Below, piece by piece: positions 18,801-26,400 of a stretch of DNA of 59,982 nucleotides. The notes under the pieces were generated by a model that made no database searches, had not been told where the DNA came from, and was given only the letters and a program-made list of their open reading frames with translations. The DNA comes from a virus. Lineage: Duplodnaviria > Caudoviricetes. The DNA lies in the IMG/VR virus record IMGVR_UViG_3300011114_001028, positions 1-59,982 of that record; one strand, given 5' to 3'. Position 1 is the stretch's first letter. Each line of letters opens with the position of its first letter. The translations under genes were made by a program, and so were the position numbers.

Positions 18801-18830
18801 ACGCCAATGAGATCACTATATACTTCATAA
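6801..18830 (+). CDS. gp7: Giant baseplate wedge protein (gp7-like), 4009 aa
   Basis: Lies between gp6 and gp8; KDFYATKGT and THTSGFKKF gp7-like motifs; many beta-rich repeats; YHYH-type motif SPIIGWAYDGNPIYGPYG. Confidence 0.8.
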   Translation: MIETRTSAKTVVEGQIPIFLQEEYPNFGPFLKQYYESQEYFSSPLSIVKNIDQLLKVGTYTSEIINSQHTNVTQFVDLGDTTIYVENTSGWPERFGLLKINDEIVTYTSIGNTFFDGCIRGFSGITTYRYLSAPNQIAFETTGIQTHAVGEKVENLSTLFLNEFFKKLKSQYTPGFENVFFPGDLNQKNFVLQSKDFYATKGTPQANSILFKSNFGVDAETIKPQDYLIKPSSTNFKVLRKYVVEPVTGNPLDLIGNTLFQEYNESLGINTAYGSVSDVESQFFDNKTYYTLGIDFGYDRDLSVFGSLYGNFSIHPKTKLVGLAQSSLIVDSTVGFANSGYLSINNNVLSYQKKTLNQFLNCIGITTEKIGDDIVADYVSYGFSGDNRIEVRISGVLDNLNLPEETNYFEINDTVEIKSIGLIKEKNDHKFNSWIFNTSTKFEASSITYDGSYFVVETYENHQLRLKDNIEFINKIDNTIISGQVQKISSDNKFLVSSNLDSNQTNLYEKYDIRRIVKTISNSVAKNEYTTDVQNVYDLNSDAIVASPSIPSYEIFSTNESKGITLAGFTTTSYLNIPDHDFITGQAIYLTSDSDIIPSKNLFVNKIDSNILQLSSSPSNISDGLFESFSNYLPSTINLSLIPIKNKDRKLDSQKIIRKINTPKLSSAIQTTIPNRRLGILVNGVEILNYKSNDVIYYGGLNKIDVLGGGQDYDVINPPVLEITDSVGVGATGTCAVSGSLKEIQIIDGGFDYLETPTITISGGNGKNATAAAKLKKVKSVVYFNANGISTSSGGFISTSTNIIGFNTEHKFKSGEAVIYNSFNATKIGIGSTSGDTSTQNYLQDNSAYYVSIVDQKTITLHNNSQDAILKINPINITSVGDGNQKFESLLDRKIISSVIVTNPGSEYQNKKRLATVSGINTSSDSIYIKDHDFKSGEFVVYDYVGAPIGGLSTQTNYQIIKLNSDIFRLCSAGIGTTLSQFNYETNQYVDLTSSGSGYHYFNYPQISISVVGNIGVGTTNSYEKYNAVLQPIFRGKISSIQLTDVGSGYGSSNIINYNKQPNIVLNSGKNAEVKPIVVDGKIKSIVVLSQGSGYNSPPTFKFYGDGGYAKLTPVLQDGKLIAVNIINGGVGFTTNKTLIDVIPNGNSVSLRADIQKWTINLFERYKSVFSKTKDDGLLVEGITEELQYVNLYAPRKLREILPSKNIDGSNNYQKSDLIFNNNEILSQNHSPIIGWAYDGNPIYGPYGFERYDGGSIKALKSGYEYRSQSNRPPFSDFPEGFFVEDYVFTNSGDLDVHNGRYCKTPDFPNGTYAYFSTINSEQNGFDSTFDNYRRSIFPYLIGNSYYSELNSYNLLQSSNQNIININNENYIRNTYPYKLDQSHAEYEFLYQSDKIINQNAVIDFTSSGKIEKIGIISEGYNYSVNDELVFDNAFGGGFGASAKISEVSENRILSINSSTINLENVVFNIIDSKGGFEGITTSPHNLKNLDVVNITGLSDQNFSGISGFKTVAVDTNILSLSVGLGTTGVTGITTFIYVYGNVDQSILNANDVLQITNTGVGTEKLLVLNIDKVFSRIRVKREHDNTVGYAYSAATLVELNPRKFTFSSGFSTDRFTSKNSIIYFNPPNSVAIGTVAVGSGTTISTIGMGNSTISKFVKLQSIYLPEHNLITGQKLLYSNGGGTSLGVSTDSTNTFTLSDNSPVYVAKFTDDLIGIATTKIGINSTGGFSGVGSTGYLLYFTSFGNGNRHNFTTQFDLITGKVQKNIATITCNQTHNLQTSDQISLVVNPGITTTVKIKYNAVNRRLVANPLEFNGSGINTTTNVLTLLDHNLSTGDKIIYSSSNSASPLINDQIYYVVKVDNNSIKLASNYYQTTLKSPEVVSIASTGLNHEISTINPPLYAILKNNLKFDLSDSSLSDIDGGSRVQSFDFDIFTDSGLTNKFLTTEKETTFEISKVGIVGVTNNASVTLKITENIPKKLYYQLTPLYGKTYLSKEKSEIIKDTDVVGNNSLSISNSKFNGSYNVSGIGSTTILINLNSFPEKTSYTQLESLLKYSTKSLTATGSISKVKIIYGGYGYKSLPGITSIFSTTGSGGILIPESNSIGKIIKTSIPNFGFEYSSDKSLKPIGQLPNRLFVDQLSSIDSIVVTNGGKNYTVAPGFVTIDTVTNEVIDDVVLNSTVKGNKIVSVSVIRNTNRLYNSPPKIIATNNVNGIGITNISYNSNTKEVTVTLAVGFSTASAFPFSVGSKIFVEGVGIIPNSGNGYNSYNYNYEFFTLIGVTSAIGGSNGSLVYKLDKGSVGPGTFYPSGSYQNQNSAYGRVVPESYLPKFEIKLKRGEFSVGENVLVNNTSVGKITNWNPVNKLLKISESSFNIKENSIILGESSKTFAVVKKKLTSYGDFNVTSSNIPKGISEDNVGKLNTFLQVIPDNDYYQNFSYSIKSPIEYEKWNQNVNKLTHTSGFKKFSDLQIESTPESNLKMSLPTQFDIDTRVDFIEEIDFDCYQNFDFVTETTKTINDSLISDQIIFNNRILLDYTEFVSNRVLKLDDLSSQFDDTPSIFNYTTVGTFDVTQYNSAQFYILIKDVRYYGEKEIIIVNITYDGANAYLTAYGRNETVLDLGDFSFRRNGNFGEVLFYPKKYQYNSYNISNINVNFANSGITGIGTSSLGNTVSFASTSVAITSSITPSANTIVSISTNSYTSGKILISASESTGNVQFGEINFVSNGSNAYYDIFGEVDSGDRSPAFGVGIVGTIGVTTTTGNVLITFTPNPSLTVDVKALSILMSDTTKTGVGSIALHKGELSSHYVSIASSTSPVETTIAGFSSATSDAAHYYLQINDTTNNKIYFSEVILVNDSEYNPQISEYSIVNSHNSLGVVGAAKSTLNTYLTFTPNSNINTQIRVFQKTLQISPKQDSLEVDLNSAIIRSDTIPLFYEGTEISTKKEFNLTHRSSPVFSKIIDGSSLVNVNISGDSIVIPNHFFVTGEKIDYSIASGSTKIGIATTSVTGIGNTTLLPSTLYAVKIDENTVKFAETPEKALKLSPEVFKLSSVGVGNSHQFASNYKSNSKVIVSIDNIIQNPVVSTAKTTHITQDVDNINSTSIINFNSIDGFYTKDLIKIENEFLLITDIGIGGTNKVSCRREWLGSVSAAHSTGAAITKYSGNYNIVDDIIYFVEAPHGDASNTSNAQQFSSFNGRVFLRSAVVGTANSAYFENNIFDDISSQFNGIRNSFTLKSSGYDVTGIVSTNSVSAGILLVNNIFQKPKYPATGIGQTFTYEVTQSSGISSVVFSGNPVGLTTNNITGPMKFDINSASLPRGGIIVSVGSTQGFGYQPLVSAGGTVIVSAAGTIQSISIGNSGSGYRAGIQTTITVSVATSTGKISIGTASAYNGNIVAIAITNPGTGYTSTNPPKITIDAPLNYENIPLVYHSSNSGVGTEATVDIVVGYGKSVIEFNLSNSGYGYSVGNVLTVNVGGSTGIPTDSSVSFRPFKLTIDEVFFDQFNAWYPGQFVVLDDFDGEFNGFKKIFALKENGVSSNFQVTRGSPIFLDQNLLVFINDILQIPEESYIFNGGSFIEFIEAPKVGDSVKMLFFKGSDADIREVNIIPTVKVGDSLKIKDDLQQRRNVYTESSRVVTFLQNIDSVYTTQYNGSGITTDTSVKRVVEWCKQKNDIILDERVISKSRPELLANVYPTTTIIRSVGVGSTSIFVQNTRPLFNYIPEILGSGDQNITIISQNPKSACIATSIVSIAGTISEIIVIDGGLGFSTTPSISISSPTSGVTAIATCSISGVGTISQIQITTAGSGYTFTNPPKVLIESESFTLETLTGVSYEGDSGIITGIGTTSIAGVTTGITFDFYLPTNSLFRDSYYVGSAQTITGIQTGYYFMVYDSIIGNGVTSFNDNGSVLGIGTSYLNNVYQAFSVKNITSNAVGIGSTTDIVRVTASVKSYNGLSGIGNSQYFANYSWGRLYNFSRSSSPKQFNLEILDGISGLSTAPLVIRSTPMRSLYTS

Positions 18831-18833
18831 ATA
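18826..18833 (+). promoter_or_regulatory. Late promoter
   Basis: CATAAATA before gp8. Confidence 0.7.
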
Positions 18834-18848
18834 GATAAAAAACACTAA

Positions 18849-20423
18849 ATGTCTGCGATAATTACAAATCAATTTAGAATTTTAAATTCAGAGAATTTGA
18901 TAACTGGGATAGCATCTACTTCTTCAAGTAGTTATTATATGTTTGTGGGTTTACCAAATCCAACTTTTATACAAACGGATTGGGATTCTGCCACACCTAG
19001 CCCCATAGATAATTTTGATCAACAAAATTCAGTTTGGGATACAATTATAGCACTTAAAAAAATTAATCCATCAGATATTACCAGAGTAATTTCCAAAAAT
19101 CGTTGGCAATCTGGAATAACTTATGACATGTATAAACATAATTATTCGGCAAATAATCCAACCCCAAATAGTGATTCTTCAAATTTATATGATTCATCTT
19201 ATTATGTGTTAAACAGCGATTATAGAGTTTACATTTGTATTAATAATGGTTCTAGTCCAGAAAATTTAAAAGGAAGACCTTCCTTAGACGAACCAACCTT
19301 TACAGATTTAGAACCAAGAGCTGCCGGAGTAAGCGGAGATGGTTATCTTTGGAAATATCTTTTTACAATTAAACCAGATGATTTTATAAAATTTGAATCT
19401 ACAGATTATATTCCAGTACCAAAAGATTGGGCAACAAATACTATTAATGCTTCAGTAAGAGATCATACTTTAATTAGTGGTCAATTAAAAACTGCAGTTA
19501 TTATAAATCGTGGTCAGGGATATACTGAAAACACTTATAACAATGTGCCTATTAAAGGTGATGGTAATGGAGCATTGTGCTCAATTGTTGTGGGAGCGGA
19601 TCAAAAAATATCTTCTATAATCATAACAAATGGTGGGTCTGGATATACTTTTGCAACGGTAGATTTAATTTCAGTTGGAATTACAAATTCAGCAACAAAT
19701 AAAAATGCAGAATTTGAAGTAATCATTCCCCCACCTGGAGGTCATGGATATGATATTTATAAAGAGTTAGGAGCAACAAAAACTCTTTTATATTCAAGAT
19801 TGGAAAATGATGATTTAAATCCAGATTTTATAATTGGAAATCAATTTGCAAGAATTGGAATTGTAAAAAATCCAACATCTTATAATTCTACAAGTTTATT
19901 GACCACACAAAAAGCAAGTGCATTATATGCTTTAAAATTGACTGGATTGACGACATCAACAACCTTTACTTTAGATTCAAATATTACACAAACAGTTGGA
20001 GTTGCATCAACTGCAATTGGAAGAGTTGCTGCTTGGGATTCCAGAACTGGGGTTATAAAATATTGGCAAGATAGATATGTTGCAATCTCATCACAAAAAG
20101 ATGCTTACGATAATTATATTTCTCCACAATATGGTTATAAATTGAATGATTTTACAGCAAATCCGGATACTGGAGGATCAATAACAATTGTTGGGGGAAC
20201 AAACAATCTTGCAATTCAAACCAATTTTGGCACTTCAAATAATCCTGGTATTACTACTACAATAAATAACTTTACCTACTACCTTGGTCAATCTTTTATC
20301 AAAGGAGTATCAACTCCAGAAGTGCAAAAATATTCTGGAGAAATGTTGTATATTGACAATCGTCCATCCATAACTAGATCTTCAAATCAAAAAGAAGATA
20401 TTAAAGTTATATTACAATTCTAA
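18849..20423 (+). CDS. gp8: Baseplate wedge subunit gp8
   Basis: YRVYICINN, DGYLWKYLFTI, and C-terminal SGEMLYIDNRPSITRSSNQKEDIKVILQF. Confidence 0.93.
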   Translation: MSAIITNQFRILNSENLITGIASTSSSSYYMFVGLPNPTFIQTDWDSATPSPIDNFDQQNSVWDTIIALKKINPSDITRVISKNRWQSGITYDMYKHNYSANNPTPNSDSSNLYDSSYYVLNSDYRVYICINNGSSPENLKGRPSLDEPTFTDLEPRAAGVSGDGYLWKYLFTIKPDDFIKFESTDYIPVPKDWATNTINASVRDHTLISGQLKTAVIINRGQGYTENTYNNVPIKGDGNGALCSIVVGADQKISSIIITNGGSGYTFATVDLISVGITNSATNKNAEFEVIIPPPGGHGYDIYKELGATKTLLYSRLENDDLNPDFIIGNQFARIGIVKNPTSYNSTSLLTTQKASALYALKLTGLTTSTTFTLDSNITQTVGVASTAIGRVAAWDSRTGVIKYWQDRYVAISSQKDAYDNYISPQYGYKLNDFTANPDTGGSITIVGGTNNLAIQTNFGTSNNPGITTTINNFTYYLGQSFIKGVSTPEVQKYSGEMLYIDNRPSITRSSNQKEDIKVILQF

Positions 20424-20428
20424 GAATT

Positions 20429-23400
20429 ATGCCCCAAGAAACTAATTTAAACGTAACTCCATATTATGATGATTTCAATGATGAAAAAAACTTTTATCGA
20501 GTTTTATTTAAACCAGGCAATTCTATACAAGCTAGAGAATTAACAACATTACAATCAATACTCCAAAATCAAATTGAAAAATTTGGAAATCATTTTTTTA
20601 AGGAGGGTGCAAGAGTAATTCCTGGTCAAATATCATTCACCTTAGAATATGATTGTATTCAAGTTGAATCTGAATTTTTGGGAATACCATTAAGTTTGTA
20701 CTTAAATTCTTTGTTGGGAATTAAGATACAGGGGTCTACAAGTGGAGTTACAGCAAAAATTTCTAATATATTAACCCAAAGTGAATCGGATAATGGTAAT
20801 ATTACATTATACTTAGAGTATGAAAAATCTTCAAATGATTTTTCAACAAAATCTTTTTCTGATGGTGAAAATTTAATAACTTTATCTAATATAACATTTG
20901 GTCTATCAAATCTCATATCTTCTGGTGAGCAGTTTGCCAAAGCAATAGATCAAAATGCAAGTGCGGTTGGATCTGCATCTTTTATTTCAGAAGGAGTATA
21001 TTTTTTAAGAGGTACTTTTGTAAAAGTTCCTACTCAAACATTAATTTTAGATCAATATTCAAATTCTCCAACTTATAGGGTTGGATTGTATGTAAAAGAA
21101 GAAATTATAACAGCGGATCAGGATGAATCTTTATATGATAATGCAAGAGGATTTTCAAATTATTCAGCTCCAGGAGCAGATAGGTTAAAAATTAGTGCTG
21201 AATTAATTAAAAAAGAAATTGACGATTTTAACGACGAAAGTTTTGTCGAATTGATGAGAATTCAAAATGGAGCTATTGATAAATTTGTCAATAGAACAGA
21301 ATATAGTATTTTTGCTCAAGAATTAGCTAGAAGAACTTTTGATGAATCTGGAAATTACTATGTTGCACCATTTAATTCAGTAGTAAAGGAATCATTAAAC
21401 AGTAGAGAAGGAAATAATGGGATTTATTATGAAAATCAGTTAACACAATCTGGAAAAACTCCATCTGAAGATTTGATGATATATCAAATCTCCCCAGGAA
21501 AGGCATATATTAGTGGATACGAAGTTAATTTGGATGGATCTACTCTTATTGATGTTGCAAAACCAAGAGATAAAGGATCAGTTTCTGGAGAAGGTATTCA
21601 ATTTGATACCGGACCAAAATTTACAGTAACTAATGTTTATGGTCAACCAAGTGTTGGTGTTGGAACTACTGCATATTTAAGTCTTAGAAGTGATAGAATT
21701 GGTGCATCCAAACTTTCTCCTTCTGGAGATGAAATTGGTGTTGCAAGAGCATATGATTTCAGTTTAAGTAGTACAGATTATCTTGGAATAACAACCACAT
21801 ATTCATTAAGAGTTTTTGATTTACAAACATTTACTCAGATTGGATTAAGTACAAATATATCTCTAACTAAACCAATATTAATTCAAGGTAATAGTAGTGG
21901 AGCAAGAGGATATTTAAAATCTTCAGTATCAAACTCTAACATATTAACATTATATGGAGTAGAGGGGCAATTTATAAAAGATGAAGGTGTAAATATTAGT
22001 GGTATTACAACATTTGGACACACAATAAGAAATATTAGAGATTATAAACTATCTGATATCAATTCAATTTACAGTTACAGAAGTTCTGCTTCAAATAATT
22101 GTGGATTTAATGCCGATTTGGTATTAGATAAGTCAATTATTCCACCAGTAACAATTCAAAATAGTGCTGTATCTTCACCAACAATTCCATCTTTCATAAT
22201 TACTCCAGATTCTAATGGATTTAGCACCGTTACATCCACTGCATGTAATTTTATTGGAGTAGCAACTGTTGGAAATATTGTAAGTTACCCAAGAGTAGGA
22301 TTTAATACAATAACTTATAATAAAATTTCAAATATTTCAAATGATGGAAGACAATTAACACTAGTGAGCATCAGCACAGTTTCTGGAATTTGTGATGGTA
22401 GCATCGTTCAAGGAATTAGTACTGTAACGACATCTGATTTTTCAATACGATCTTCAGCAATTAAAAACATTTCAGATCCATCATATACTGTTAGATTAAC
22501 AAAGGGGAATGTTTCAGAAATTGATGTTGAAAATACAGATATTGCTTTGAAAACACAATATTTAATTTCAAGTTTTAGTAATAATATAATTGTCGCAACT
22601 ACACTAACATCTGGATATACTTATCAACCATATACAAACGATAGATATTGTCTTGCGTATAGTGATGGAACAAGTGAACCTTTATCTAGTGATAAATTTA
22701 TATTTTCAAATGGATTTAAAGATTTATCAATTAAAAATTTAACTGTTGCAAGTGGATCAAATGCAACTTTGATTGTTTCAATCAAAAAAGAAAAACCAAA
22801 AGCAAAAACAAAAAATATTTTAAAGGCAAATACTTTAGTTATTAATAAATCTTCAAATTCAGCTTCTGGTGTTGGTAATTCTAGTTTAAATGATGGTTTA
22901 ACATATAGTGCAATTTATGGTACAAGAATTCAAGATAAAGAAATTTCTTTAAATGTGCCAGATGTAAGAAGAATTTTAGCAATATATGAGTCATCATCTA
23001 CATCAGATCCAGTTTTACCAACAATTACATTTGTATCCGGATCACTAACTGGACCAAATCAAGATGCAACTGATGCTATCATTGGTGAAAAAATAATTGG
23101 AGAAACTAGTGGTGCAGTTGCAATTGTAATTGAAAAAACCACAAATACTCTCGGATTTATATATCGAAATGGAAATTTCTTTATTGCTGGTGAAAATATT
23201 ATATTTACTGATTCTGGAATTTTGGGAGTATGCAACTCAAAGACTGATGGAGATAGAAATATAAATGAAAAATATGCTTTAGATTTTGGACAAAGATTAA
23301 ATTTTTATGATTATTCAAGAATTATAAAACTTGATGATAATTTTAATCCAACTAAAAAAATAAAAATTGTATTTCAAAATTATGTTATTGATGCAAGTGA

Positions 23401-26400
23401 TGTTGGAGACATTGTTACAGTTAACAGTTATCCATCAGAAGAATATAAGTATTCTCAAATTTTTAATGAATCCTCAACTTCAGACATAATTGATATTCGA
23501 CCAAGAGTATCAAACTATAGTGCGACATCAGCAATTTCTTCACCATTTGAATTTGAATCTCGAAATTTTACTGCTTCTGGACAATCTTCAAATTATTATA
23601 TCGCACCAAATGAAACTATAACAGTAAGTTTTAGTTATTATTTACCAAGAATTGATAGATTATTCTTAACAAAGGAAGGAAATTTTCAGTTACAAAAAGG
23701 AGTTTCAGCAGACAATCCTTTACCACCAGGACAAGTTGATGGTGGATTAGAAATTGCAACATTTTATTTGCCAGCATTTCTTTATAAAACTTCTGATGTA
23801 AGATTGAATTATGCAAGTCATAAAAGATATAGAATGCAAGATATTTCTAGATTGGAAACTAGAATTTCCAATTTAGAATACTATACAAATTTATCTCTCC
23901 TTGAAACTTCCACCGAATCACTATCGATTAAAACAAATGGTGTAGACAGATTTAAGTGTGGATTTTTTGTAGATAATTTTAAATCACATGCTTCACATTC
24001 AATTGCAAATGTAGATTTTCGTGCAAGTATTGATAAGCAGCAGGGATATTTAAGACCATTGAATTTTACAACAGCAGTTGATTTAATTGTTGGATCAGAA
24101 TCATTAATTGGAATTGCTGCTACTCCAAATTCTTCTGTGGATTTGGGATTCGTGCAAGATTTGCAAAATTCAAACGTTAAAAAGAATGGTAATATTGTAA
24201 CATTAAGTTATACTTCTACACCGTTTGTTAAAAATGAGTTTGCAACTAGGATTGAAAATGTAACACCATTTCTTGTTGTTTTTTACAGTGGAATTATAGA
24301 ATTAAATCCATCATCAGATACTTGGGTTGATACAACAACTGTTGCTGCAAATCGAGTAAATATTGAAGGTGATTATAAATCTACAATACAACAACTTCAA
24401 GTTGATGAAAGAACTGGTTGGAGTGAAACAGATTGGGGAGCTTGGCAAACCGATTGGGTTGGAACAGTAGTTCAAGATAATGTTAGTCAGTCTATGGTTC
24501 AAGTAAGCACAGAATTTAGTGATACTTTTTCAAGAGCTGGACAATCTGGTTGGTTAACAGATTCTGTTGCTGCAAGAGGAGGACCACCTCCAGATTGGGC
24601 AGCAGGTGATCTTAGAGGACAAAGGGGATTTTGGGAATTTGAAGTAGAGCAAAAAGGTACGGTAACTTCAGATCGTACAACAATTTCAAATGAAAGAACT
24701 ACAACAACTAGTGCAAAACAATCTAGAACTGGTGTTGCTTGGAATGTAAGTGAAAGAGTTGATACGGCAAATCTCGGAGAAAGAGTAGTCAATACCGATA
24801 TTATTCGTTTTATGAGATCTAGAAATGTTGAATTCATTTCTAGGAAATTAAAGCCTAGAACGAGAATGTATGCATTTTTTGATAGGGTAAATGTCACAAG
24901 TTATTGCTTTCCAAAACTTGTAGAAATTCGTATGACAACCGGAACATTTCAGGTTGGAGAAACTGTTAATGGAAGAATATCTTCATCTTCTGGCACAAGA
25001 ATTGGAATAACTCCAGAAATATCATTTAGAGTTGCTACATCAAACCACAAATATGGTCCTTACAATTCTGCAACAGATGTTTATACAATTAATCCGTATG
25101 ATGATACACAAACTCTTTCTTCAACATATTCATCTACTTCTAGTATTTTAAATGTTGATACATCAAGTTTACAGAATATAGTTACTGGTGGATTTTCTGG
25201 TAGAATTGTATCTGGAATGACTTTAAGTGGGCAAACTAGTGGTGCTCAAGCAGTTGTAACTAATGTAAGACTTGTTTCTGATAATATTGGCACATTAATT
25301 GGATCTTTCTTTATCCCAGACGGAAATATAAGTCCAAATCCAAAATTTGAAACAGGGAATAAAACTTTTAGATTGACAACTAGTGATACAGATTCTCAAG
25401 TTGCCAATATTATAACCACTAGTGCTCAAGAAAGTTTCTTTGCATCTGGAGTTCTTCAAACAAAACAAGATACAGTTCTTGGCATAAGAAATGCTAATGT
25501 AAGAAAAGAACCAAAAGTAGATACACCAAGAACTATCAGTAGTACAAATAATGACGGTGGAGGAGTAATAGCAACCTTAGATGTTAACCAAAGAATTAAT
25601 GTTACAGGAGAACAAATAACTTCCTCCGTTTATAGGGATCCTTTAGCACAATCCTTTATTGTAAGTGAACAAAATGGTGTATATGCAACCAAATTAGATT
25701 TATATTTTCAAGCAAAAGATGATACTTTGCCAGTTATTGTGCAATTACGATCTATTGAAAGTGGATTACCCACTACAAAAGTATTACCGTTTTCAGAAGT
25801 TGAAGTGCTTCCATCACAAATTGCAATTTCAACTACCGGACAAGTTGGAACATCGGTAACATTTAAAGCTCCAGTTTATCTTGAAAATACAAAAGAATAT
25901 GCAATTGTATTACTTTCAGATTCTACAAATTACACTGTTTGGATTTCTAGAATGGGAGAAGAAGATGTAACTACTGTAAATCTTCCAGAATCTGCTAAGA
26001 AAATTGTTTCAAATCAACCATATCTTGGATCTCTCTTTAAATCTCAAAATGGAAGCACTTGGGAACCAAGTGGTTATGAAGATTTAAAATTCATACTCTA
26101 TAAAGCTCAATATACAACCACACCGGGCACTGTGACCTTCTACAACCCATCAGAAGGAATTTCTAATGGTACTTTATGCAATTTACCTAAAGACGCTGTG
26201 CAGTCATTCTCTAAGAGAATTACGATTGGTGTATGCACAAATATTAGTAACTATGCTGGTATTATTCCTGGAGTAAGTATTGGAATTACCGATATGAGTG
26301 TAAGTGGTAAATTGATCGGTGTTGGTGGATCAGTATCACAATCTGTCGGAGCTGCACTTTCTACTGTTAGTGCTGGTATTGGGTATACAACTTTTGGTGC

